32,000 nucleotides of DNA from Candidatus Electronema halotolerans (GTDB lineage: Bacteria > Desulfobacterota > Desulfobulbia > Desulfobulbales > Desulfobulbaceae). The stretch is from contig OW818675.1 in NCBI GenBank assembly GCA_942493095.1, positions 180,001 to 212,000 of the forward strand, read 5' to 3'. Shown here one piece after another: positions 9,781 through 16,979 of this stretch. The position numbers were made by a program, and so were the translations under genes. Each line of letters starts with the position of its first letter. Position 1 is the stretch's first letter. The notes under the pieces were generated by a model that had not been told where the DNA came from, ran no database searches, and worked only from the letters and a program-made list of their open reading frames with translations.

Positions 9781-9817
9781 AGGCTCAGGACAATGCTGTC
9801 TTGAGCCTTGTCTTTTG
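9781..9817 (+). terminator. Putative rho-independent terminator after the coiled-coil gene
   Basis: AGGCTCAGGAC-AATGCT-GTCTTGAGCCT hairpin (11 bp including one G:U) followed by TGTCTTTTGCT. Confidence 0.5.
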
Positions 9818-9861
9818 CTCGTCTGTAATGCTCTCAAGCCGTTGGAGGCGTTGCGCAGCCC

Positions 9862-10383
9862 ATGCCTGACTGGCTTCATTCCCTGTATGCAGCCACCTTT
9901 GCCAATGTCCATTGCTGGGCTTTTCTGGCAGCCATGCCGTTCATAGTCGCCGGATTTGCCGGCATCGTCTTTCCAGCCCTGCCCGGCACCATTCTGATTG
10001 CGGGCGGTTTTCTCGTCTATGGCCTGATCACCGGCTTTGACAGCCTGTCAGTGTGGTTCTTTGTCGGCCAAGGCGTGCTGATTGCTCTTGGCTATGCCGT
10101 GGATTTTCTCGCCACAGCGTGGGGCGTGCGAAAGTTTGGCGGCTCCAAGGCCGCAGCCTGGGGCGCGGCAATAGGTTCACTGTTAGTCTTTGTCATTGGC
10201 CCGATTGGCATTCTGCTCGGCCCGCTGCTCGGCGCAATTGTCGGCGAGCTGCTCATGGGCGAGCAGGTCAAGCAGGCTTTGCATTCCGGCATAGGCTCGT
10301 TTCTCGGCTTTATCGGCGGCGTAGTGGCCAAGATGCTGCTTGCCGGAATCATGGTCGCGTGGTTTATCTTCGAGATATACTGA
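9862..10383 (+). CDS. DUF456 family membrane protein
   Basis: 173-aa ORF with four hydrophobic segments. The motif [18 protein letters not shown]...[26 protein letters not shown] is characteristic of DUF456. Confidence 0.78.
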   Translation: MPDWLHSLYAATFANVHCWAFLAAMPFIVAGFAGIVFPALPGTILIAGGFLVYGLITGFDSLSVWFFVGQGVLIALGYAVDFLATAWGVRKFGGSKAAAWGAAIGSLLVFVIGPIGILLGPLLGAIVGELLMGEQVKQALHSGIGSFLGFIGGVVAKMLLAGIMVAWFIFEIY

Positions 10384-10394
10384 TTTCAGAAAAA

Positions 10395-10772
10395 ATGCTT
10401 GAACTCAATTTCACCAAAGGAACAGACGGCCTGCTGCCTGCCATTGCCCAGGATGCAGTCAGCGGAGAAGTGCTGATGCTGGCTTATATCAATGAGGAAT
10501 CGTGGCGGAAAACCTTGGCGACCGGCAAGGCGCATTACTGGAGCCGCTCGCGCAGCAAGCTCTGGCTCAAGGGCGAATCCTCCGGCCATATACAGCTTGT
10601 AAAAGAAATTCTGGTGGACTGCGATTTGGATACGGTAGTATTCAAGGTGGAGCAGCTTGGCGGCGCAGCCTGCCATACTGGTCATCGGAGCTGCTTTTAC
10701 CGCAAGGTGCAGGGCGAGGAACTGGAAGTCCAAGGCAAGCCGGTTTTTGATCCGGCCAAGGTTTATGGCTGA
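10395..10772 (+). CDS. hisI: Phosphoribosyl-AMP cyclohydrolase (monofunctional HisI)
   Basis: Internal ATG at 10395 (MLELNF...). Segments GLLPAIAQD...[31 protein letters not shown] and [28 protein letters not shown] match the HisI signature. The long N-terminal extension in the track ORF overlaps the DUF456 gene and is discarded. Confidence 0.9.
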   Translation: MLELNFTKGTDGLLPAIAQDAVSGEVLMLAYINEESWRKTLATGKAHYWSRSRSKLWLKGESSGHIQLVKEILVDCDLDTVVFKVEQLGGAACHTGHRSCFYRKVQGEELEVQGKPVFDPAKVYG

Positions 10773-10787
10773 TCGGCAAAAAGAACT

Positions 10788-11279
10788 ATGAGGCCGGATC
10801 ATCTGAATTTGATTTTACTCTTCCTGCTGCTGCTCGTTGCCGTTTGTGCGGTTTGGAAGTTCCATCCCTCATACAGCGAACTGCGTTCCAAGTGGAAACG
10901 GCAGATTGGATTAGGTGCGGCAGGCTTCTTCTTGTGGATTTTTCTTTTTTTGCCTTCAGTCATAACCTATTGCGGCAACAAGCAGCCAATAGTTCATGCG
11001 ACAGTAGGAGTATTTGCTGCGGCCAGTGTTTTCTTTGGTGTAAGATATGGCATCCGTCGTATTCTATCAGTTATTGCAGTGACGATTTTGGCGGGAATAT
11101 CGCTAAGTCATTACTTTTCTTTGGTGGAAAGTGGTGACTTCATCGGCACAACTGATATGAGCAGTTTTGACAACCACAACGAAGAAGAGAAATACTGCTC
11201 GGCTGAAGAGCTTTGGCATACGCCAATCACGCGATTGTATCGGCTGCATTGCAAAAGATTGGTGACGAACGAAAAATGA
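10788..11279 (+). CDS. Hypothetical membrane protein (4 TM)
   Basis: 163-aa ORF with ATG at 10788. Four hydrophobic helices and no recognisable family. Confidence 0.5.
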   Translation: MRPDHLNLILLFLLLLVAVCAVWKFHPSYSELRSKWKRQIGLGAAGFFLWIFLFLPSVITYCGNKQPIVHATVGVFAAASVFFGVRYGIRRILSVIAVTILAGISLSHYFSLVESGDFIGTTDMSSFDNHNEEEKYCSAEELWHTPITRLYRLHCKRLVTNEK

Positions 11280-11428
11280 TGGCTCTCCGATAATTTCCGG
11301 GGTTGTAATTCCAGTGCTTTTGGTGGTGTGAAGGACTTACCGGAATGCACGAGCTGACCTTTGTCAATGAGAGCAATTTTATCGCTCACCTTGAAACGAT
11401 GGTAAAAAATTAAGAAGTAGTTTACCTC

Positions 11429-13894
11429 ATGCAAAAAACTCTCATCATCGCTGAAAAGCCCAGCGTTGCCGCTGACATCGTCAAGGCTCTGCCTGGCAAA
11501 TTTGATCGGCAGAAGACCCATTTTGAAGGCGACAACTACATTGTTTCCTACGCCATTGGCCATTTGGTTTCCATCGGCTTTCCTGAAGAAATCGACCCAG
11601 CTCTGCAAAAATGGGCCTTGGACAACCTGCCTATTCTGCCGGAGATATTCCCCCTGACCGTCCTGCCAGACAGCAAGACCCAGTACAACGCCCTGAGCAA
11701 GCTGCTCAAGCGCAAGGACGTGGAGATGGTGATCAACGCCTGCGACGCGGGCCGCGAAGGCGAACTGATCTTCAAATACATCTTCAGGCAGGTTTTTTCC
11801 AAGCCGCCCAAGGGTAAAATCATCCGCCGCCTCTGGCTCCAGTCCATGACCTTGGATGCGATCAAGGACGGCCTGCGCCATCTGCGCGAAGATCAGGAAA
11901 TGGTGCCGCTCGAACATGCCGCCCTGTGCCGCTCCGAGGCGGACTGGCTGATCGGCATCAACGCCACCCGCGCCCTGACCTGCTACAACTCACGCCACGG
12001 CGGCTTCCGCAAAACCCCCTGCGGCAGGGTGCAGACCCCGACACTGTCGCTCTTAGTCAAGCGCGAGGAGGAGCGGCGGGCCTTTGTGCCCAAGGATTAC
12101 TGGGAGCTGCATGCCCAGTTTGCCTGCGGCCCGGTCAGCTATCAGGGCGTGTGGATTGATCCCTCGTTCAAGAAAGATCAGGATGACCCGGAGGGCAATA
12201 AAAAGCGAATCTGGAAGGAGGAGCAGGCTGCCGAGATTGCTGCAAAATGCGCAGGAAAAACTGCCAAGGTTGAGGAGGAAAGCAAAAAGGTCAGCCAAGC
12301 TCCGACCAAGCTCTATGACCTGACCACCTTGCAGCGCGAGGCCAACTCCCGCTTTGGTTTTTCGGCGAAAAACACCCTCAGCTTGGCCCAGAGCCTGTAT
12401 GAGCACCACAAGCTGATCACCTATCCTCGCACGGAAAGCTCCTGCCTGCCGGAAGATTATCTGCCGCAGGTGAAAGAGGTGCTGGCCCGGCAGCAGAACT
12501 GGCAGCATGGCCGTTTTGCCGCCCAAGCCTTGGAGCAAGGCTGGCCGGATGAAAATGCCAAGAACAAGCGGCTCTTCAATAATAAGAAGATCAGCGACCA
12601 CTTTGCCCTGATTCCCACGGTCAATCTGCCCGACAATCTGAACGAGGCCGAGCTGAAGGTCTATCAGATGATTGTGCAGCGGTTTATTGCGATGTTCTTT
12701 CCAGCGGCAATCTTTGATCAAACCCGCCGTTTGTCCGTGGTTGCGGGCGAGACCTTTCTCACGGAAGGCAAGATTTTGGTTGAGCCGGGCTGGAAGGCGG
12801 TCTATGGGGCAACGACCGGAACTGGTGATGCCAAGACGTTGGAGGCGCTGCCTGCGAAAACAGCGGTTGTCTGCGCTGAGATTGAGCAGAAAAAGCTGGA
12901 GACCAAGCCGTCGCCCCGCTACTCTGAGGCGACCCTGCTTTCCGCAATGGAGCACTCTGGCAAGTTGGTTGAGGACGAGGAGCTGGCTGAGGCGATGAAG
13001 GAACGCGGTCTTGGCACGCCAGCCACCCGGGCCGCGATTATTGAAAAACTGCTTTCGGAAAAGTATGTGGTCCGCGAGCAGAAAGAGCTGGTGCCGACCG
13101 GCAAGGCCTTTGAGCTGATTGCTCTCTTGGCGGCGCAGAAGATCGAGGTGCTGGCCTCGCCGGAACTGACCGGTGAATGGGAGTTTAAACTTTCTCAGAT
13201 TCTCAAGGGCAAGATAACCCGCGAGCAGTTCATGCGGGAGATTCGTCAGCAGACTGCCACTATTGTTGAAAAAGTCAAGGCAGGCGGCCCGCCCCGCCAA
13301 GAGGCTTCCTTCTCACCCGTGGATGGGCAGCGCTTTTTTGAGACCACCACGGCCTATGAATCCGAAGACCGCAGCTTGATGATTCGCAAGATTCTGGGCG
13401 GGCGGATTATGGCAGAGGAGGAGATTGTCCGCCTGATCAAGGGCGAGACGGTCGGGCCATACACGGACTTCCGCTCCAAGAAGGGCAAGCCGTTCACTGC
13501 CTCAGTGCTGATCAAAGACTCCAAGATCTCGTTTCAGTTTGCTGATTCAACCGACGGTCTGGACTTGGAGGCGATCAAGGAGCAGGAGCCGCTCGGCATC
13601 TCGCCGGTTGATCAGACTAAGGTTTATGAAGCGCCAATGGCGTATATGTCCGAATCCGCCTTGGCAGGCGACCAGAAAAAAGGGCTGCGCATTGGCAAGA
13701 TCATCTTGGAGCGGCCCATCAGCCGGGAGCATGTTTGTCAGCTACTCAGAGACGGCAAGACCGAGCTGATCACTGGCTTTATTTCCAAGCGCAAGCGGCC
13801 TTTTGATGCCTACCTGCTCTTGGACGGCAAGGGCAAGGTGAGCTTTGAATTTCCGCCGCGCAAAGGCAGAAGCAAGGGCAATGACAACGAATGA
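11429..13894 (+). CDS. topB: DNA topoisomerase III
   Basis: 821-aa ORF. TOPRIM start LIIAEKPSVAADI. Motifs GHL...W....LPILPE, acidic cluster NACDAGREGELIF, LITYPRTES active-site tyrosine region, GLGTPATRA. Confidence 0.92.
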   Translation: MQKTLIIAEKPSVAADIVKALPGKFDRQKTHFEGDNYIVSYAIGHLVSIGFPEEIDPALQKWALDNLPILPEIFPLTVLPDSKTQYNALSKLLKRKDVEMVINACDAGREGELIFKYIFRQVFSKPPKGKIIRRLWLQSMTLDAIKDGLRHLREDQEMVPLEHAALCRSEADWLIGINATRALTCYNSRHGGFRKTPCGRVQTPTLSLLVKREEERRAFVPKDYWELHAQFACGPVSYQGVWIDPSFKKDQDDPEGNKKRIWKEEQAAEIAAKCAGKTAKVEEESKKVSQAPTKLYDLTTLQREANSRFGFSAKNTLSLAQSLYEHHKLITYPRTESSCLPEDYLPQVKEVLARQQNWQHGRFAAQALEQGWPDENAKNKRLFNNKKISDHFALIPTVNLPDNLNEAELKVYQMIVQRFIAMFFPAAIFDQTRRLSVVAGETFLTEGKILVEPGWKAVYGATTGTGDAKTLEALPAKTAVVCAEIEQKKLETKPSPRYSEATLLSAMEHSGKLVEDEELAEAMKERGLGTPATRAAIIEKLLSEKYVVREQKELVPTGKAFELIALLAAQKIEVLASPELTGEWEFKLSQILKGKITREQFMREIRQQTATIVEKVKAGGPPRQEASFSPVDGQRFFETTTAYESEDRSLMIRKILGGRIMAEEEIVRLIKGETVGPYTDFRSKKGKPFTASVLIKDSKISFQFADSTDGLDLEAIKEQEPLGISPVDQTKVYEAPMAYMSESALAGDQKKGLRIGKIILERPISREHVCQLLRDGKTELITGFISKRKRPFDAYLLLDGKGKVSFEFPPRKGRSKGNDNE

Positions 13895-13903
13895 CCTGCC
13901 GCA

Positions 13904-14077
13904 TCAGTCGTAAATGATGCAGTTGTGCTGTTCGAGCAGCTTTTCCGTTTCCCGGTCCAGTTCTGCGGCCAGTTCGTGAATCCGGTGCTCTCTGCCGCAA
14001 TGCTCGCAGCAGAGGCGGACCTGCTTGCACCGTCTGACTATCTTCAATTTGTTATGGCCGCATTGTCTGCACTGCAT
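13904..14077 (-). CDS. Small 4-Cys zinc-ribbon protein, hypothetical
   Basis: 57 aa from the ATG at 14077 (MQCRQCGH...CCEHCGREH). AGGAGG lies 6 nt upstream, overlapping the end of the Nudix-pyrE gene. The track start at 14092 is a TTG. Confidence 0.5.
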   Translation of the reverse strand: MQCRQCGHNKLKIVRRCKQVRLCCEHCGREHRIHELAAELDRETEKLLEQHNCIIYD

Positions 14078-14088
14078 ATTGCGCCTCC

Positions 14089-15075
14089 TCAAGCAAGCAG
14101 TTGGCTGCGGGTGAAGACCGCATGAAGCGGGCAGCCGACTGCGGCCAAGGCTTCAGCCCCGCCTTCTTCGCGGTCAACCACGGTTGCGGCCAAAGCCACC
14201 TTGAAGCCCGCCTGCTCCACCCGCTCAATCACTTTGATCAACGTGCCGCCGGTGGTGACCACATCCTCCAGCAGGACCACCGCGCAGCCGGGCTGAAGGT
14301 TGTTCTGGCCCTCCAGACAGTTGCCTGTGCCGTGCCCCTTGGCCTCCTTGCGGACAATGAAAGCCGGAATCGGGCTGCCTGCCAGATGGCTGACAATCGA
14401 GACTGCTGTCACCAAGGGGTCTGCGCCAAGCGTCATGCCGCCCACGCCGCCGACCGGCTGCGATGCCTGCCGGATCAGCTCAAAGAGCAGCCTGCCGCAA
14501 AGATAGCCGCCTTCGGCATCCAAGGTGGTCTGCTTGCCGTCAATATAGAAATCAGAGGTTTTGCCGGAACTGAGGGTGAAGGTGCCGGTGCGGCAGGATT
14601 TTGCCAGCAGCAGTTCCTTGAGCCGCTGCCGTTCGTCAGCCATGCCGCCATTGACGACAATCCGCTGCTTGGGTGGCAGGAGCTGCAGCTCGGCAGCGCG
14701 GGCCACGTTCTGGAAAATATCCGGCAGCAGGGCGGCAGCCTCGGAAACCGGCACCCAGCGCCGTTCCCGGTCAGTCTCCCACACAGCCGTTTCACCGCAG
14801 ACTGTGGCTAAATAAAAGGTGTAGCGGATAATTCTGCCGTTTTCCGCCGCCGCCTCTGATTCGGCCAGTTTTGCGCCAAGATTGACGCAGTAGCCTGACT
14901 CTTCCACGCATTCCCGCGCCGCCGCCTCTTTGACAGATTCCTCCGGCTCCACGCCGCCGACCGGAAAGACCCAACCGCCTTTGTTTTTGCGGGAACTGAC
15001 CAAGAGCACCAGCGGCTCCTTGCCTTGCTCGTACTGACAGACCACCGCCCCGGCCTTTTCTTTCACAGATTGCAT
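14089..15075 (-). CDS. pyrE: Nudix hydrolase - orotate phosphoribosyltransferase fusion protein
   Basis: 328 aa. The N-terminal part carries a perfect Nudix box G-x5-E-x7-REUxEExGU (GGVEPEESVKEAAARECVEESGY). The C-terminal part is OPRT-like (FTLSSGKTSDFYIDGK, PRPP loop VVLLEDVVTTGGT). Confidence 0.85.
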   Translation of the reverse strand: MQSVKEKAGAVVCQYEQGKEPLVLLVSSRKNKGGWVFPVGGVEPEESVKEAAARECVEESGYCVNLGAKLAESEAAAENGRIIRYTFYLATVCGETAVWETDRERRWVPVSEAAALLPDIFQNVARAAELQLLPPKQRIVVNGGMADERQRLKELLLAKSCRTGTFTLSSGKTSDFYIDGKQTTLDAEGGYLCGRLLFELIRQASQPVGGVGGMTLGADPLVTAVSIVSHLAGSPIPAFIVRKEAKGHGTGNCLEGQNNLQPGCAVVLLEDVVTTGGTLIKVIERVEQAGFKVALAATVVDREEGGAEALAAVGCPLHAVFTRSQLLA

Positions 15076-15385
15076 GGCTGCTCCTTGTCCTGCGCGGACT
15101 TGCTTGTCCGGCGAATTATTTTGTTCATAGCCGCCCCGCTCAATGCAATGATGCCGCTTTGAGCAGGCAAAGTGAATTCCTGTCCTGTCTTGTCGGCAAG
15201 GGCAGGGCGCATGGCATCAGGGATGGACAACGGAAACGTGCTGGAGAGTTTTGCCTGAAGCATGATTGCACCTTTTCTCCATCGTGCGTTGTTGAAGTCC
15301 GCCGCAGGGCTGGCAAACGGCTGGAATGAAGGAAGCTGCGGCAGGATGAGGCGAGAAGATCAGATCGGACAGCGGAAATCCACTA

Positions 15386-15473
15386 TGGTGCCGGAGGTCG
15401 GAATCGAACCGACATGGGCGCAAGGCCCGCTGGATTTTGAGTCCAGTGCGTCTACCAGTTTCACCACTCCGGC
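15386..15473 (-). tRNA. tRNA-Leu (anticodon CAA), class II with long variable arm, CCA encoded
   Basis: The reverse complement reads GCCGGAGTGGTGAAACTGGTAGACGCACTGGACTCAAAATCCAGCGGGCCTTGCGCCCATGTCGGTTCGATTCCGACCTCCGGCACCA. It has a 7-bp acceptor stem, anticodon loop CT-CAA-AA, a T-arm GGTTCGATTCC and a terminal CCA. Confidence 0.9.
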
Positions 15474-15555
15474 ACAAGGACACCATTCAGCTTAATCTAC
15501 CCATAATCCCCTCTGCTGTCAAGCGGATTGAAGGCACTTTCAACCCTCTTTTCGC

Positions 15556-16632
15556 CTACGCTGTCCTCACATCCAGCACATCGACCAGCCTGCCGCTGTA
15601 GCTGTTGCGGATCAACTCCCAGAGGGCGGCGTAATCATTGACCGTAATGTTCAGGCTGCTGACAGGCGAACCTGTAAAACCGGGCAGGGTGAAATCGCCG
15701 TTCTGCGTCACCAGCACTTCTGCGCCTGCCGCCCCGCCTTCCTGCATATCGAGCAATGAGAAGAGCAGCCGCTCTTCAGCCACATCTTGCAGCACCTGAA
15801 TGCGCAGCTTCGTGTCTGCGCTGACCGTGCCGCCGGTCACGCTCACATTGGGACTGGCCGCGCTGCCGGTGAGAACGCCGACTTCGGGCGGATTAGGATG
15901 GCCGAAATTCGTCAGGACCAAGGGTGTGCGCAGCCGCCTGCGGTAGGTGCCGGTGCGCAGGGTGCCGTGCTCGGTGTAGCGCATGGAGACCGACAGCGTG
16001 TATTCGTTGTTCCACGGGTCGTCTTGGGCCGGAACAGTCGGAATCAGGATGATGCTGGTGTTGGAAATCGGCCCGAACTGGCTCTGCACCACCCTGCCGC
16101 TGCGGGTGCCGCTGATCACGCATTCGCCGTTGCCCTGCTGCGGCTCAAAGCCGAGATTATCGCCGCTTATCTCAATGACATCAGCACTGACAAGCACATC
16201 GTTGAGCTGCAAGGTGGTGTCTTCGATTTGCTTGATCATGGGCAGCTTTTCGGTCATGTCTTCCCGTTCCAACTGGCCCTGCTGCTGAATCCCTTTCTCA
16301 AAGTTCGCGGTCGCCCGAATCTGCACATGCAGGCAGTCCTCAATCGGCGGCGGCTGGTCGTCTGGACTGTCCAAGCGGCCTGTGAGGGAAATGCTGAAGA
16401 TCAGGCCATCGTCCAAGGTGATGTGCTTGCCCTCAATCAAAGCCTTCTGAATTGTCTGGAGAAACGCGCTGATTGAGGACTTGGCCAAATCCTGGGTCAG
16501 GGCCGGGTTGACCTCGGCCATGCCTGCGGCGACATCGTCCGTGCCGAGGTGGTCGCTGGGAATGAAGCGCATTCTGTAGGACTGGGGCACGGTCAGGGCA
16601 TTGACTTCAGGTTTCCAATGAATTGCAGGCAT
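15556..16632 (-). CDS. HU-like (HU_HIG-type) DNA-binding domain protein with DUF4469-like Ig-fold region
   Basis: 358 aa from the internal ATG at 16632, with GGAGAA 6 nt upstream. The N-terminal approx 100 aa resemble Bacteroides-type HU-like domains (LAKSSISAFLQTIQKALIEGKHITLDDGLIFSISLTG). The middle part (IEISGDNLGF...SIILIPTVP) resembles DUF4469. The track extension to 16827 runs into the repeat array and is rejected. Confidence 0.6.
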   Translation of the reverse strand: MPAIHWKPEVNALTVPQSYRMRFIPSDHLGTDDVAAGMAEVNPALTQDLAKSSISAFLQTIQKALIEGKHITLDDGLIFSISLTGRLDSPDDQPPPIEDCLHVQIRATANFEKGIQQQGQLEREDMTEKLPMIKQIEDTTLQLNDVLVSADVIEISGDNLGFEPQQGNGECVISGTRSGRVVQSQFGPISNTSIILIPTVPAQDDPWNNEYTLSVSMRYTEHGTLRTGTYRRRLRTPLVLTNFGHPNPPEVGVLTGSAASPNVSVTGGTVSADTKLRIQVLQDVAEERLLFSLLDMQEGGAAGAEVLVTQNGDFTLPGFTGSPVSSLNITVNDYAALWELIRNSYSGRLVDVLDVRTA

Positions 16633-16780
16633 GGCGGTTCTCCGAGGCTGAGAAGGTGAGGAGTGAAAAGAACGGTGATTCCCGAAAACTACCTTAAAAA
16701 GCTGCGGCTCTGCTGTCAAGCATTTTTTTTGCCCTGCCGGACGGCTCTTGCCCTGAAGAAGGCAGGCGGCTGATCTGGTA

Positions 16781-16937
16781 AAAAGTACTGCCGTTCTTTT
16801 TCCAAAACAACGAGCGGTGTTTTTCAAAACTACGGGCGGTGTTTTTTAAAACTACGCTCGGTGTTTTCTAAAACTACGCTCGGTGTTTGCTCTGAACTAC
16901 GGGCGGTGTTTTTCAAAACTACGCTCGTTACATTTTT
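16781..16937. repeat. Array of about seven head-to-tail 20-24-bp direct repeats, consensus CAAAACTACGSKCGGTGTTTTT
   Basis: Units begin at about 16781 (degenerate), 16803, 16825, 16848, 16870, 16894 and 16914. Each has a GC core flanked by A4-5 and T4-6 tracts. The array is intergenic, between the DUF1566 gene stop and the HU-like gene start. Confidence 0.85.
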
Positions 16938-16957
16938 CCGGGTACGGGCGATGACCA

Positions 16958-16979
16958 GGACAGGCACAGGGGCCTGTCC
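16958..16979 (-). terminator. GC-rich hairpin immediately after the DUF1566 stop codon (no U-tract)
   Basis: GGACAGGC-ACAGGG-GCCTGTCC, an 8-bp perfect stem abutting the TAG at 16980-16982. No T-run follows on the minus strand, so terminator function is uncertain. Confidence 0.3.

Noticed and set aside
11285-11400. Minus-strand peptide FKVSDKIALIDKGQLVHSGK resembling the C-terminal end of ABC-transporter ATPases
   Set aside because: Only about 25-30 residues show similarity. No Walker or signature motifs are present upstream, where that frame runs antisense into topB. At best it is a tiny relic, and it could be chance.
12053-13300. Long antisense or alternative-frame ORFs. Examples: 12053-13300(-), 29892-30818(+), 9163-9912(-), 2721-3584(-), 1559-2350(-), 11111-11917(-), 14101-14811(+), 15787-16476(+), 18299-18964(+), 19173-19742(+), 21577-22152(+), 22663-23355(+).
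   Set aside because: Each lies opposite to, or out of frame with, a gene that has clear family motifs. Their translations are low-complexity and Arg/Leu/Gln/Ala-rich, typical of shadow ORFs in GC-rich DNA, with no recognisable domains.
15063-15263. 66-aa ORF (MLQAKLSSTF...) upstream of and overlapping the Nudix-pyrE start
   Set aside because: It has an ATG and a weak possible RBS, but no recognisable motif, and it overlaps the next gene by 13 nt. The evidence is too thin to call. It might still be a real small protein.
15386-15473. tRNA-Leu as an active integration site of a mobile island
   Set aside because: No integrase, excisionase or visible direct repeat of the tRNA 3' end. The accessory genes lie on the 5' side of the tRNA. 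It is kept only as a low-interest boundary observation.
16633-16827. N-terminal extension of the HU-like gene (track ORF start at 16827)
   Set aside because: The extension translates the repeat array into a basic, low-complexity peptide. The internal ATG at 16632 has a proper GGAGAA RBS and coincides with the start of the HU-like domain.
16781-16937. Possible CRISPR array
   Set aside because: The units are contiguous with no unique spacers, only about 22 bp long, and degenerate. No cas genes are present. It is a plain tandem repeat.
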